A DNA stretch of 63,327 nucleotides, counting the filler, from Welwitschia mirabilis (Eukaryota), in NCBI GenBank assembly GCA_051453625.1. It is 7 parts of one record of this genome, joined end to end, with 100 filler letters (N's around TTAATTAATTAA, not from the genome) between each part and the next. Parts side by side here need not be neighbours in the genome. Positions count along the whole stretch, not along the records: positions 21,745 to 44,498 come from JBOZIK010000001.1; 6 more parts are not named here. One strand, written 5' to 3'. Both the position numbers and the translations under genes were made by a program. The notes under the pieces were generated by a model. The model did not search any database, had not been told where the DNA came from, and saw nothing but the letters and a program-made list of their open reading frames with translations. This document shows positions 26,162 to 38,200 of this stretch, in pieces (positions within the stretch are counted from its first letter, which is position 1; every line of letters starts with the position of its first letter).

Positions 26162-28642
26162 GTGTCCACCTAGTATTTTTTAAAGAAACAAGATGCTAAA
26201 TATATAGATAAACATTAGAGAATAATTTATTTGTTTTAAAATGAATTTTACTTATGAAAGGAACAATAGAAGAAGTTTTCATAATGCTCTTACAAGAACT
26301 AAAAAACAACAAAACAAATTGTGCACTAGAAATAAACTAATAATTAAAAAATACCTATTGTCATGTTCTTATTTATAGCATTTTATAGCTTCTGGTCACA
26401 TATTAAAGTTTGTTCTACTAAAATATTTGATAAAAAAGTGCTCAAAGTCATTGAAGGGGGGTGCTAATAAAATTTTCTATAAAGTCCATTTTTGTCTCTT
26501 ATTGTGTCATGACTTGAAGGGGGGTGGCTTGAAGGGACGTCTTTGACTATTTGAAGGAGTCCTTCAATGCACAATTACATTCTTGAAGGATATCTTTAGG
26601 CAACAAAGGTTGCTCAAAGGGGTTCTTCAAGTAGTGATTATTAACAATTTGAATGGGTCCTTCAAACTAATGAAACCTAAAAGGTAGAATAGAAGTTATA
26701 TAATATCATGTAACTAGTTCTCCTAAACATACATTTCATTTTATAATATCTACATTTTATGCACATTTTATGGAAAACACTAAATATAAAATCCATCATA
26801 TCTGGATTTCTTCTGAAAATCTAACTTGATTTCTACTATTGCTATTTTTCTTTAACCTTACTCATACATATTTTTCTCTGGATTTGAATGGTAATTGCTT
26901 CTTTGAATGGGATCTTTTAGTAATAACAATTAATGAAAGGGGTCCTTTAAATTCAAATTGCCTCTTCAAAAGAACTTCTTAATAAGGATTGTAATTGAAG
27001 AAGGTTTTTGAATAGCTAAAGGATAGCTAAAAGCATCTTTTAATGAGCCATTAACAAGATTCCTTTAAAGAATTTGATATGACCATTAATGCATTTCCCA
27101 TCTCTTATGTATGAATGTCAAGTTGAAAGGGGATATTTCTTTTAAAGAGGTCTTTGATTAGATATCTAACATATATCAAATTCATTATACAAAAAGAAGC
27201 TTCAAAGGTATTGAAGGGGTCTTAGAAGGGTGATAAAATAGGAAGAAAGTAGAGTTACTTTATTTATGAATTAATTCCTAATAAGCTTAAGGCAAAGCTT
27301 GAAGAAGGTCTTCAAAAGTTGCTTAAAGGAGGTCTTCAAGATCATTCCAAAATCTAGTAAGAAAAAGTAAAGAAGCTAAAATCCAAAAGGTTTTTAAAGA
27401 CATCATTGAAGGGATTTAGCCATCTATCAAAGGGGTCATTTAACAAATAATGCATACTTTTTCAACACGTCACTCAAAAATTCAAATCTCTTACTTCTGC
27501 AAAGGTTAGAAGGGGATCTTCGAGTAATAAAGATTACTCAAAGGGAGTTATTCAAATCTATAAAGATACCTAAAATATTTTGCAAATGTATGGTATTTAT
27601 AGTTTAATTGGAGGAATTTTCTTGATAACATTGATTTTTAATTCATCAATTTCAATCCCTCTGACTAATATCCTCTGGCTTAGAACAATCCTTTCAGATA
27701 CCATAAGGTGGCTTTTCTACCAATTCAATTTCAAATTATTTTTCTTACATCAAGTTAATACTGCCTCTAAAGTTTTACCTTTTGGATTGTGTAATGCACT
27801 AGCCAAAATGACAAGCCTAAAATGTATCTAAAAGTACATTCAAAATAATAAACAATTCATCAGGTGTGAAACTAGTACTATTTTTCCAAGTTATCATAAA
27901 GTCCCATAATGCTTTAGTAAGTTTATATGCCTAATCAATTCTTTTAGTGTTTACTATTTTAGTGAAAATCTAGTTCAACTCTTAGAAGGAAGTTGGCTAA
28001 ACAATTAGATCATAATCTAGGTAAATATTAAAATGAATAAATCCAAAACATGAAAAAATTAGATAAAGATAGAAGTAAATCCCTATTAAGAAAAGAATTA
28101 ATTTAAAAACAAGTAAAAGAATGGCATGACCATAATATTTATAAAACTGATGTTAAAATTAGAGATAAAGTTTTAGTTTTTGATCTTAAATTCATACCTT
28201 TTAAATAGAAGTATACTAAAAAATGGGTTGGGCTATAGCCTTTAACGAAAATTTTGCCTAATGGAGCAATGGAAGTACTTAATGAAGAAACTAAGAACAT
28301 GTATCAAGTCAATAGTTAGAGGATCAAGACTTATACAAAAAGAATTTCACTCTTAGAAGAGATGGAACAAACTTAAAGGGTGGAAAGAATTTTACCTATA
28401 TATTTTCCTTAAAACCCTATAATATTATTCTAAAAAAAAGAATAAATAAAGACCTATCAGGTTTAACTTTTATAAAGGAAAATGGATTTTATTCAAATTA
28501 TCATATTTTCTTTGCTTTATAAGTAAAAGTATTTCTTATAAGAATTAGTAAGACTTTGAGCAAGAAGATGTTACAAATAGTAAGAATGACTGAATTTAAG
28601 AAATAAAAATAATGTATCTATGCAATTATTTATTATTCAAAA

Positions 28643-28680
28643 AGAAGAAGAAGAAGAAGAAGAAGAAGAGGAAGAGAAAG
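28643..28680. repeat. (GAA)n microsatellite
   Basis: About 9 GAA units plus a purine tail. Confidence 0.9.
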
Positions 28681-29297
28681 TAATATCCTATCATAAGTAC
28701 ACTGGGATAAATGTTCCTGAGAGGAACCCTTAACAGTGTAATAAGGTAGTTGTGAGAAGTCCACTAAGGAATTAGTGGTCATGAGTAGTATTTACAACTA
28801 TGTAGGTCCTTATTCCTATGGTAGTAATTACACTATCATGATTACAAAATCTTTCTCAAAAAAAGGATTCTTTGGTTTAAAATTATAAAGAATACAGTTA
28901 CTCTCTAGGAGTTATCTAAGGACTAGTTAGTCTTAAATATTTTCTTCAAACTAAATAAACCGTTTAATAATAAATGTTACATAAGATACCATTAATTTAT
29001 TCTAATATTCAGAGCATTTGCATTAATGTATCTTTCTTTTGCTTATCTTGGAGTAATAGATTTTTATAAAGATTAAAAAAGATGGCAACTAAGGAATTTT
29101 GATTTTTTAACATAACAGAAATGAGTACTAAAATAAAGGCAGCTAAAGCTTATTATATTAAGAAAAAAGAGAGAGAAAAAGTAAAAACTTTTATTTCATC
29201 ATGCAGATAAAAATATTCTCTATATCATGATTTTTAAATAAAAGAGTCTCAACTAGGAAGTATTTATTCTATAAATAGTTAAGCATAAATTAGCAAA

Positions 29298-29982
29298 TCA
29301 AAAATGGAAATAGCTAAACTTGATGTTATTATCAATAAAACCACCCCTTTTACTTGTTCTTCCTCTTAGACCTCCTCTAACTTAGAGTCTATATGGGGAA
29401 AGCAAATGTAGTTTTGCAAGAAGTCAGTAAGGACCCCAGTCTTAGTGCCATGAGAATCGCAAAAGTTCTATAAATTAAAGTCATCATAGGATCCATATCT
29501 CTTAAGGTAATCTCATCAAAAGATAGGGTAAATAGGCTTAATGCTAGATTATTACCTTCAGTCTACTATACATCACTCTAACTCAATAATTTGACTTGCA
29601 AACTATGATAGGAATGCATCATACCTATTAAACTCATCAATTAGGGTAGAATTTAGCTCAGTAACACAGATTCTCCAATACTAAATACAAAAATTATAAA
29701 ACATAAGACCATAACATGGTGACAACTCTCCATGGCTAAACTAACTCCTTCCATTCTCTCAAAGGATGCCATCTAAGGTAGTAAGCACCTCAGAACCTAT
29801 GTGGTAAGAAGGAAGGTTATGAGTGTGGACACTTTGAATGCAACTTTGAGGATAAACCTCATCTACACTTATAATGTTCATTTCTATTTGAGAGGATCCT
29901 AAGCTAGAAAGGTGGAATTTAGACTTATTAACTAAAGGAGGATTACCAAAAGGCATGAACAATTATTGTAATTAGAAGCCAT
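29298..29982 (-). pseudogene. Decayed antisense ORF (~225 codons) in the 3' internal region of copy B; function unknown
   Basis: Begins ATGGCTTCT, includes track ORF 29759-29962, and ends acidic then hydrophobic (DSKLEEV*EEEQVKGVVLLIITSSLAISIF). The C-term is retained in the copy near 21940-22080. Confidence 0.45.
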
Positions 29983-31689
29983 TTTTAATCTAAAGTATCA
30001 AAAGAACTTGCTTTAATGTGGGAATGTGATGATTATGACCCATTATTTAAGGCATTTTAATATACTTATACCAAAAAACAACTAGTAAAAAGAATCAATC
30101 ATAATTTCAAGTATGAGTAAGACTTGAATACACTTGATTCATTAATTTTTAAACTATTAAATAATATTTGTTAATCTAGAAAATCTTGGATTAAGTTGTG
30201 TTTTATCTAATCAAACTATAAATGCCATACATTTACAAACTATTTTAGCCAGCTTCATAGATTTATAAAATCCTCTTTAAGTAATCTTTATTACTCAAAG
30301 GCCCCTTTTGAATCTTTGTAAAAGTAATAGATCTAAATTTTTAAGTGATATGTTCAAAAAGTATGCATCATCTATCAAACAACCCCTTTGACACATGATT
30401 AAACCCTTTAATGACATCTTTAAAAACTTTTGGATCTTGGCTTCCTTACTTTTCCTTATTAGCCCTTGGCATGAGTTTGAAGACCTTCTTCGAGTAACCT
30501 TATTACTCAAAGAAACACTTCAAGATATTCCTTAAGCATATTAGGAATTAATTTGTGAATAAAGTAACTCCATATTCCTCCTATTTTATCACCCTACTAG
30601 GATCCCTTCGAGATATTTGAAGTTCCCTTTTGTATGATAGTCTGATGTGATATATGTAAGGCATCTAATCAAAGACTTATTTATAAAAAGATATTCTCCT
30701 TGGATCTTAAAATTTATAAATAAGAGTTAAAAAATACATTAATGATCATATTATATTCTTTAGAGGAATCTTGTCAAGGGATCCTCAAAATACCCTTTTG
30801 ACTAATCAATGATTAGTTAAAACCCCCTTAGAGATTAGTATTTATTGGGAAGTTCATTTAAAGAAGTAATTCAAAATTGAAAAACCACTTTAAGTAATCT
30901 TTATTTCTTAAAGAGCCCCTTCAAGGAAGCAATTGCCATTCAAATCTGAAGAAAAATATGTATGGACAATGAAGAGATGGACTAAAAGGAAAGAGTAATA
31001 GTAGTAATCAGTTTAGAATTCTAAAATAAATCCACCTATGATAGATTTATTACTTATTTCTTCTTACAATATGTGTAGGAAATGTAGATATTATAAAATC
31101 AAATGTATTATAATCACATTTATATGATCAATCATTTTAAGCAAAAATTTTGGAGAACAGTAACATGATCTTATACATCTTCTATTCTACCTTTTAGTTT
31201 TGTCAGTTTGAAGATTTTCCTTGAATCAGTAGTAAAGACTACTTAAAGGATCCATTTAAGTAACCTTTTCTACTATAAAACCCTCTTTGAGAATGTAACT
31301 GTGTATTAAAGAACTCCTTTAAAAGACCCCCTTTAAGCCATGATACAATAAGAGATAAAAATAGACTTTACAGTAAATTTTGTTAGCCATCATTGAACAA
31401 CTTTGAGCACCCCTTTGTTAGAGATTTTAGCAAATCAAACTTTGACGTGTGGCAAGGAGCTATATAATTTTACAAATAAGAGCATCATAATAGATATTTT
31501 GTTTATTTCTAGTTTGTTTTTAATGCATAGTTTGTTATATCATTTTTTAGTTCTTGTCACAGCATTATGAAAACTTCTCCTATTATTTATTTCATAAGTA
31601 AACTTCATTTTTAAATAAATAAATTATTCTATATTATTTTTATATATATTTAGCATCTCATTTCTTCATAAAATACTTGGTGGAAACTT

Positions 31690-34344
31690 CGAGTTTAAAA
31701 ATATTTATTGCATGATTAATTCATATTAGAAAGAAGTTAAACTTCAAAGATAAAACCATAAATGTTTTCTGCAGAAGTTAAAATTATATTGACTTTAAAT
31801 TTTTAAAAACTTTTTAAGGATCCTAGTTTCACTAGAATAAATTAATGGGTAATTGAACTTAACTAGTGGAACTGATTAGCTTTCTCAAACAAATACATTA
31901 ATGAAGAAGTCTATTCTTTCTACTAGAATTTTATGTTCTCTGAAGAACTCTTAATGTTATATTCATTCATAAATAATGTGCCAATATGGATTTATTTAGA
32001 TGAAATAAGAATGGTACTTGAGATAGTATCCTATGAAAGAATACTCTCAGAAACATGAAAGAATGAGGAAGCTAGCCTATGTCTAAAAGATTTTTAGCAC
32101 ATTACTAATAAGGACAAATGGATGGATATAGATAAGGCAAAAGATCCCAAGGCATTTGTCACTTCAAAAATAGTATCATCTAATCTTATCCTAGTTATTA
32201 ACAAACAAAAATATATGAGCATACTTGAGGTGTATTTGACTGATGTCATTAGACATCCATCTAGTGGAAATATTGATGTGGGGTTCAATATATTTCAATA
32301 CTTATGCAAAGTAGTATTACAAATTAGGAATACCACAAAAATTATGAAGATAATATTAGGATTTCCATTGTTGATTAGAAGAATTCTATAATTCTACCCA
32401 AGGAAAAAAAATAGTGTGAAACTCTCAGTTGCTTCCTTATTTGGGGTTTTTATTTTAATACTATTAAGTATTTAGGGCATCAAAGAGGTATCTTCCTAAA
32501 GAGAGCTAGTGATAGAAATCTAGTGGTAGCCCCAAGATCCTTCTAGGAAACAAATGGATACATTCACTCTCTAGTAATTAGGGATAAAAAGAATCAAAGT
32601 CTTTGATAAAGTCATTGGAGGAGGATAAGGTAGATTCTTTTTGTGTTGTCATACATGCATTGACTATCTTCCTACTAGAAAAAAACCAATTATAGGAATA
32701 TAACACCAATTTAAAAAAGAAAATTATATTTCTAGAAATAGAAAATAAATTTTGTAAAGATAAAATTTCCTTTTGGTAGAGGTAGTGCAATAAATAAAAG
32801 GAGAAAAGGAAATAGTTAAAAGAGAGACTAATATTTCATTTTGAATTCCAAAAATCAAACAGATCCTCTATAGCTAGCACTCAAGCTCAAATTGAAAAAT
32901 TATAATAAAGCTCAGGGACAAAAAAAATGAACTATAGCTTCCTCCAGTTAATAAAGAAGGCTCACTTTAAAACTTTTAAAGAGTATGATCCATAGTAAGC
33001 ATTATAATTCCAAGTATATTGAGTTGTAGTAAGAATTTATTATTTTCATGCATAATGATGCCCCTTTTCCTCTAAAGAAGAAAGAAAATATTTATATATA
33101 TTTAAGGGAAATGCATGAAAAGTACATGAAAATTCAAGGAGAAAATAATATATTTAAATAAAAGTGGGCCAAATATTTAGAGAAAATAAAACTAAGTAGG
33201 AGAAGATCAATATATAAGAGAAAGAAATCACTATTCTTAAAGAAAATCTAGAATATCCTTCTTCTTATGCACTTGTAACTAGTCCTTCATTAGAGAAGAA
33301 TTTGATAATGATTCTAAAGAATGAATTGGCCTCAATTGTAGAAAGATTCAGATAACCTATCCCACACCAAGATTCTCTCGTAGGTTCTGAGATGCTCNNN
33401 NNNNNNNNNNNNNNNNNNNNNNNNNNNNNNNNNNNNNNNNNNNNNNNNNNNNNNNNNNNNNNNNNNNNNNNNNNNNNNNNNNNNNNNNNNNNNNNNNATC
33501 CCACACCAAGATTCTCTAGTAGGTTCTGAGATGCTCTCATAGCAAATTTTAGATGTTATTAAAGAAATATTAGCTCCTTCAGCCAATTAGACTGGATATA
33601 ATGGCTAAAAGAAGAAAATAGTGGGTTACTTTATGAAAATAATCTTTTAAAAGTTAGATTATAAAATAGAATAGGGTTTAAAGATGAATAATTAAGAGTA
33701 TTTTAAAACATGCACTTCTACCTTTAGAAGTTGTATAATTACTTTGATGATTGTGAAAGAGTTATAAATTCTATCATATAGAAAATAGAGAAGGTATGGG
33801 AGAGAATCATAAGTATATTTAATTAAGTGCTCTAAGAAGTAAATGCTTAAAATCAAAGTAACAATGAAATATAATTAGAAATCATCAAGTAAGCTCCTCT
33901 AAGTTTATAAAGGCTTTAAAAAGGACATTTTCCTTTTCATCATCATTGAGCAAGATTTGAATTCTCTACAAGATTAAAGAAATCAACTTTGATAGTGCAT
34001 AAGAATGCTTAAGGGAGCCTTTGCAAATATTTTTTTCAAGATGAAAGGAGAAGAGAGAAGGACTATTCTATATGAAAGCTCTTCTAAAATTAGAGAATCA
34101 GATAATTCCCCTCCCACTTAACCTATTAAGCCTGAAGGTACTCCAACTACTAGAAAAGTTAAACAGTCAAAAGGGAAGTAGCCTAAGTCATTTAGATCAA
34201 GAGAGCATAAATTTGGATTATTTGACCCTTTTAAAATAATAAATTAAAGCAATAAAGTAGTTGAATGAATCAAGGAAGTCACATGCTAAGTCAGGGTCAA
34301 ACATAGTTAAAAAAAAAAAGAATAAGAAGATTAAACATCCATAG
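31690..34344 (+). pseudogene. Decayed large extra (env-like) ORF, copy B
   Basis: EEVYSFY*NF...LYSFINNVPIWI...KIVSSNLILVINKQ...IDVGFNIFQYL...LGFPLLIRRIL (track ORF 32122-32391), followed by a long K/E-rich region. Lies between pol and the PPT. Confidence 0.65.
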
Positions 34345-34400
34345 AAATAATATAAATTTTATTTTTAGAGGACAAATAATAGTCTAAGTGTAGGAAAAAT

Positions 34401-35281
34401 TAATAAATCAAAAGAATGTATCTTATGAAATTTGTTAATGAAGGAAATGATGAATGCTTAGCTAATATTATGATATTATTATAATATTTATTGAGTTATT
34501 ATAAGCTAAATTTATGATGCAAGTTAATTAAAGACGGATGGCTACAAAAAATGAAGCAGTTACAATAACTGGACAAGTGGTGGAAGAGAAGAACAACAAA
34601 CTTTCTTGTATTGCACTTACAAATAGGCACATAGTAGAAGACATGGGGATATTTTTAGAGACTTGGAGAAAAGCTAGAAAGAACATTCAAGCAAAGAGAT
34701 AGTAATAATAAAAGTTGTAAAGTTACTTCTTGAAAGCTCCAATGCCTATGTGGAAACACAGTGGAAGTAAATCTTTGTACTTTTTTCAAGTAATACAAGC
34801 TATGTTATTCTAAAAAGAATCTTGTATTACCGAAGTGTATGATTTGAAAATGTTGCATGTAATTTCTTTCTTGATCTTAATATTAATAGTAGATAGAATT
34901 AATATTAATATCGTGTATTAATTAGAAATAATGAGTGCATGTGATTTAGCTATGTCTCTTTTATTTTGGTTCTCTCGTTTTGTCCACAGTCTGTAAACTA
35001 TTATATATAAGTAGGTATTTATTAAAACACTCTTTTTGCCAAGAATAGTCATTCTTGATAAAGTATGTGTCATAATTTTAGATCCTTATTATAAGTTAAA
35101 ATTAGAAAGAAAATAAAGTTTTTTATAAAAAATTTTAATGATTTCAGTTTGTGCATTATTTTGGTAAGTTAAGCTGCATAATTTTCTAGTAGTTTCTTAA
35201 TGTTATAGTTTGCTTTTGAGCATTTCATTAAATTTATTTTACCATTTTGAAAGTATTTTAAGATAGATTATAGCCTTATCA
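34401..35281 (+). repeat. 3' LTR of copy B (~880 bp)
   Basis: TAATAA (decayed TGATAA)...CTTATCA, directly after the PPT; homologous to 22085-22946. Confidence 0.75.
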
Positions 35282-38200
35282 ACTAAAAAAATAGAGGAAA
35301 CATTAATTTCAAGGAAAAGAAATATTTCTCAAATAAATTAAAAGTAGAAAAATTTACCTGCAGTAAGAGAAGATGAATATTTGAAAACTCAAGTTTTCAC
35401 ATCTTATGACAAGCCATGTAATGAATGCTTAATATCATTAATAAGAAGCTTAAAAATCCTCCATATGGGATTATAGGTATCATCCATAGGATAGTATGAA
35501 GAAAAGATACTTGGACTCTCTTAGTAAAAATCATGTTCAAAATTGCAACTCTATTGATCTTAGTAAATAAAAGCATCCTTCTTACAGGATTCCTTTATAG
35601 CCTATTTAACAATTATTCCATCTAATTACTTTAATTGACCACTTTTTGTAAGTAGTAATTAGATCTTAGGCATTATTCTAGATACTAAGATGGGAATAGA
35701 CTTGTCTACATCAAAACTTAAAGGCATAGAGGCTACTAGGAGAGTAACTGAAGGATATGGAGTAGCAAATAGAATAGAAAGCTAGGTATCAATAGAATCT
35801 ATAAAATCCAAAGAATTGAAAGAAAAAGTTGTAAAAAAATTGATTACCTATAAGAATGAATTAATTTTGATCATCCTATTAGAATGATTTTCCTTGATCT
35901 CAATTAGTAACAAAATTTCTAGGCTAGATGATGAGGGTAAACTAGTAAGATCACTTACTTCAATCTCAAGAAAATGTTTCTAGAATCATTCATACTAAGT
36001 TTTTCATTTTTAGAAGTAGGAGTTGGGGAGGGAAGCTTGGGAGAATCCTAGAAAATATAATAAGAATTAACATAAACTTCTAATCTATAAATTGAGAAAG
36101 GAGTACAAAAAACCACTTACTTCTACCGTCGAATGATACTTGTGGTTCTGAATAACTAAAGGGAAGATGTACTTATCTTTTTTCCTTATTAGATGAAATG
36201 GAAATATGAGATGGAGTGGAAATCTCTAGATGCTTATGTCTAATTTTGAAGATATTTTCATGAAAGTATAAGAAACTCTATAAGATTTCTTTACTAGGTT
36301 GACAGACATAGTGAACTCTATGGCAAGTTTAGATGAGAAAATGAATGAATAAAAAGTAATACAAAAAGTTCTAAAATCTATTTCAAAATTCTTTGAGCCA
36401 AAGGTCATGACTATTGAGGAAAGAAACAACAACAATTAAATCACACTAGAGAAACTATAAGGTAATTTTCAAACTTATGAATTAAAGCTTTCTAAAGATA
36501 AAAATAAAAATTCTTGCATTGAAAACTATGTAGGAAGAGTTTAGATTCGAAAAATTACATGAAGAACTTGGTGAAGATGAGGTTGCTCTATTTGAAATAA
36601 TATTCAAAATATTCTTGCACAAAAAAAAAAAAAGAGAAATGATAAACTAAGCAAGGGAATAAAGAGGAATCATTTTAAACTAAGAAGAGATCCAGAAAAG
36701 AAAAGGCGATCTAGTGCTATGTGTGTAAGTGATCTAAAAATGTTACAAATGAATTTATAAATAACAAAAGAGATCAGAGGAAGTTCAAAGAATCATTCTT
36801 CATTGTCACCTAAGATAGTGTAGATGAAAAAGAAGATAGTATCTCAAATCAAGATTTAGGTGAAGACAGAAGACTTTATTTCATGGCAATAGTCCCTCAC
36901 ATGAAGAACTTATCATGCTTAACTGAATCAAATGATCTAGACCTTATTAAAGAAGATAAACAAGAGCTATAATACACTTTTCAAGAACTCTATTCAAAAT
37001 GTAAAAAAATTTCAAAACAAATCAACAAGTTAAACATGACAGTAAAGGCTTTGAATAAGGAAAAAAAATAATTGGAGACAAAGTACAGGATGGTTCAAAT
37101 AGAAAACACCAAGCTAACTTAGAGGTAAAAATCTTGTCACATTTTGTAAATAAATTTTGAAATAGTTTAAGTAAATTAGAATAGATTCTTAATATATAAA
37201 CACTAGTCCATGATAATAAAGGTATTAGCTTTATCTCCTAAAAACCATGCAATTAGTTGAATAAGGTAATATGAGAAAATAACTCTATGTCAAAGATTAC
37301 TTGTTATTTTTATGAAAAGATAAGTCATTCAAAATTATTTTTTAATGTTAGAAAGATAATGCTTTTTCCAAGCTCTATCAATGCTTTTTCATTTAAATTT
37401 ATCCCAAGGGAATGCATATCATAATAGTCCAAATGGACTAAGTGGGTAAGGGATAATAATATGAAAAGTTCATTAATTTAAATAGCTTTTAAAGTATCAA
37501 ATGGAACTTGCTGGTACATGTATAGAGGATGTTCTCAATACATGACAAGTGACAAATCAAGATTCCAACATTTAGATGACTTTGATGGAGGAGAAGTAAT
37601 ATTTGATGACAATATAAAAGCAAACATTGAAGGAATTGGAAGCACTGATAAAGGTAGCATGCCTAAAATTAATGAAGTTTCATATGTGAATGATCTTAAA
37701 CATAATTTGCTAAATATTAGTCAAATTTATGATAAAGGCCATAAAGTTATTTTTACTAGTCAAAAATGTGAAGTTAAACATGGCAAAACAAATGACCTTC
37801 TTCTTACAGCAAATAGAATAGACAATGCTTATAGCATTAATTAATCCTTATCTACTTATTATTTTTATCATATAAATTAAGAAGAATTGTGGTATCAATA
37901 ATTAGGTCATGTAAAGTAGGATCATCTCAAAACCATCATTAAAAAGAAGATCATGAAAGAAATCCCTAAGGTAAATATTAATAAATATGAGCTATGTGAT
38001 GCTTTTTAAAAAGGAAAACAAGTTAAGACTTCTAATAAAAGTAAAAACTTAGTCTTATCAATAATGCCACTTGAACTCATTCACATGAACTTGGTAGGTC
38101 CTGTTCAAACTAAATCTAGAAGAAAAATAATGCTTCTTTACTATGATAAATGACTTCTTTATATTTACTTGATTACTTTCTTAATAAATAAACCTAAAAC

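Larger units (their letters stand above)
22085..27768 (-). mobile_element. Athila-like element copy A: RT fragment, deletion, repeat-rich spacer, large extra ORF, PPT, 3' LTR
   Basis: Inverted homolog of 30213-35281. RT C-term LKLNW*KSHLMVSERIVLSQRILVRGIEIDELKINVIKKIPP (27768-27606) is fused directly to the spacer. Confidence 0.8.
27961..35281 (+). mobile_element. Athila-like element copy B, 3' half: integrase C-term, spacer, antisense ORF, internal PPT-like site, extra ORF, PPT, 3' LTR
   Basis: Integrase end KEWHDHNIYK...DKVLVFDLKFIPFK*KYTKKWVG...LPNGAMEV...YQVNS*RIKTY (28100-28340). PPT context GAGGACAAATAATAGTCTAAGTGTAGGAAAAAT at 34368-34400. Confidence 0.8.

Noticed and set aside
30027..35281. 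A single 5.2-kb TGAT...ATCA LTR containing an ORF
   Set aside because: A better PPT/LTR junction at 34389-34401 is conserved in both copies, so 30017-30030 is more simply an internal PPT-like site. Not fully excluded.
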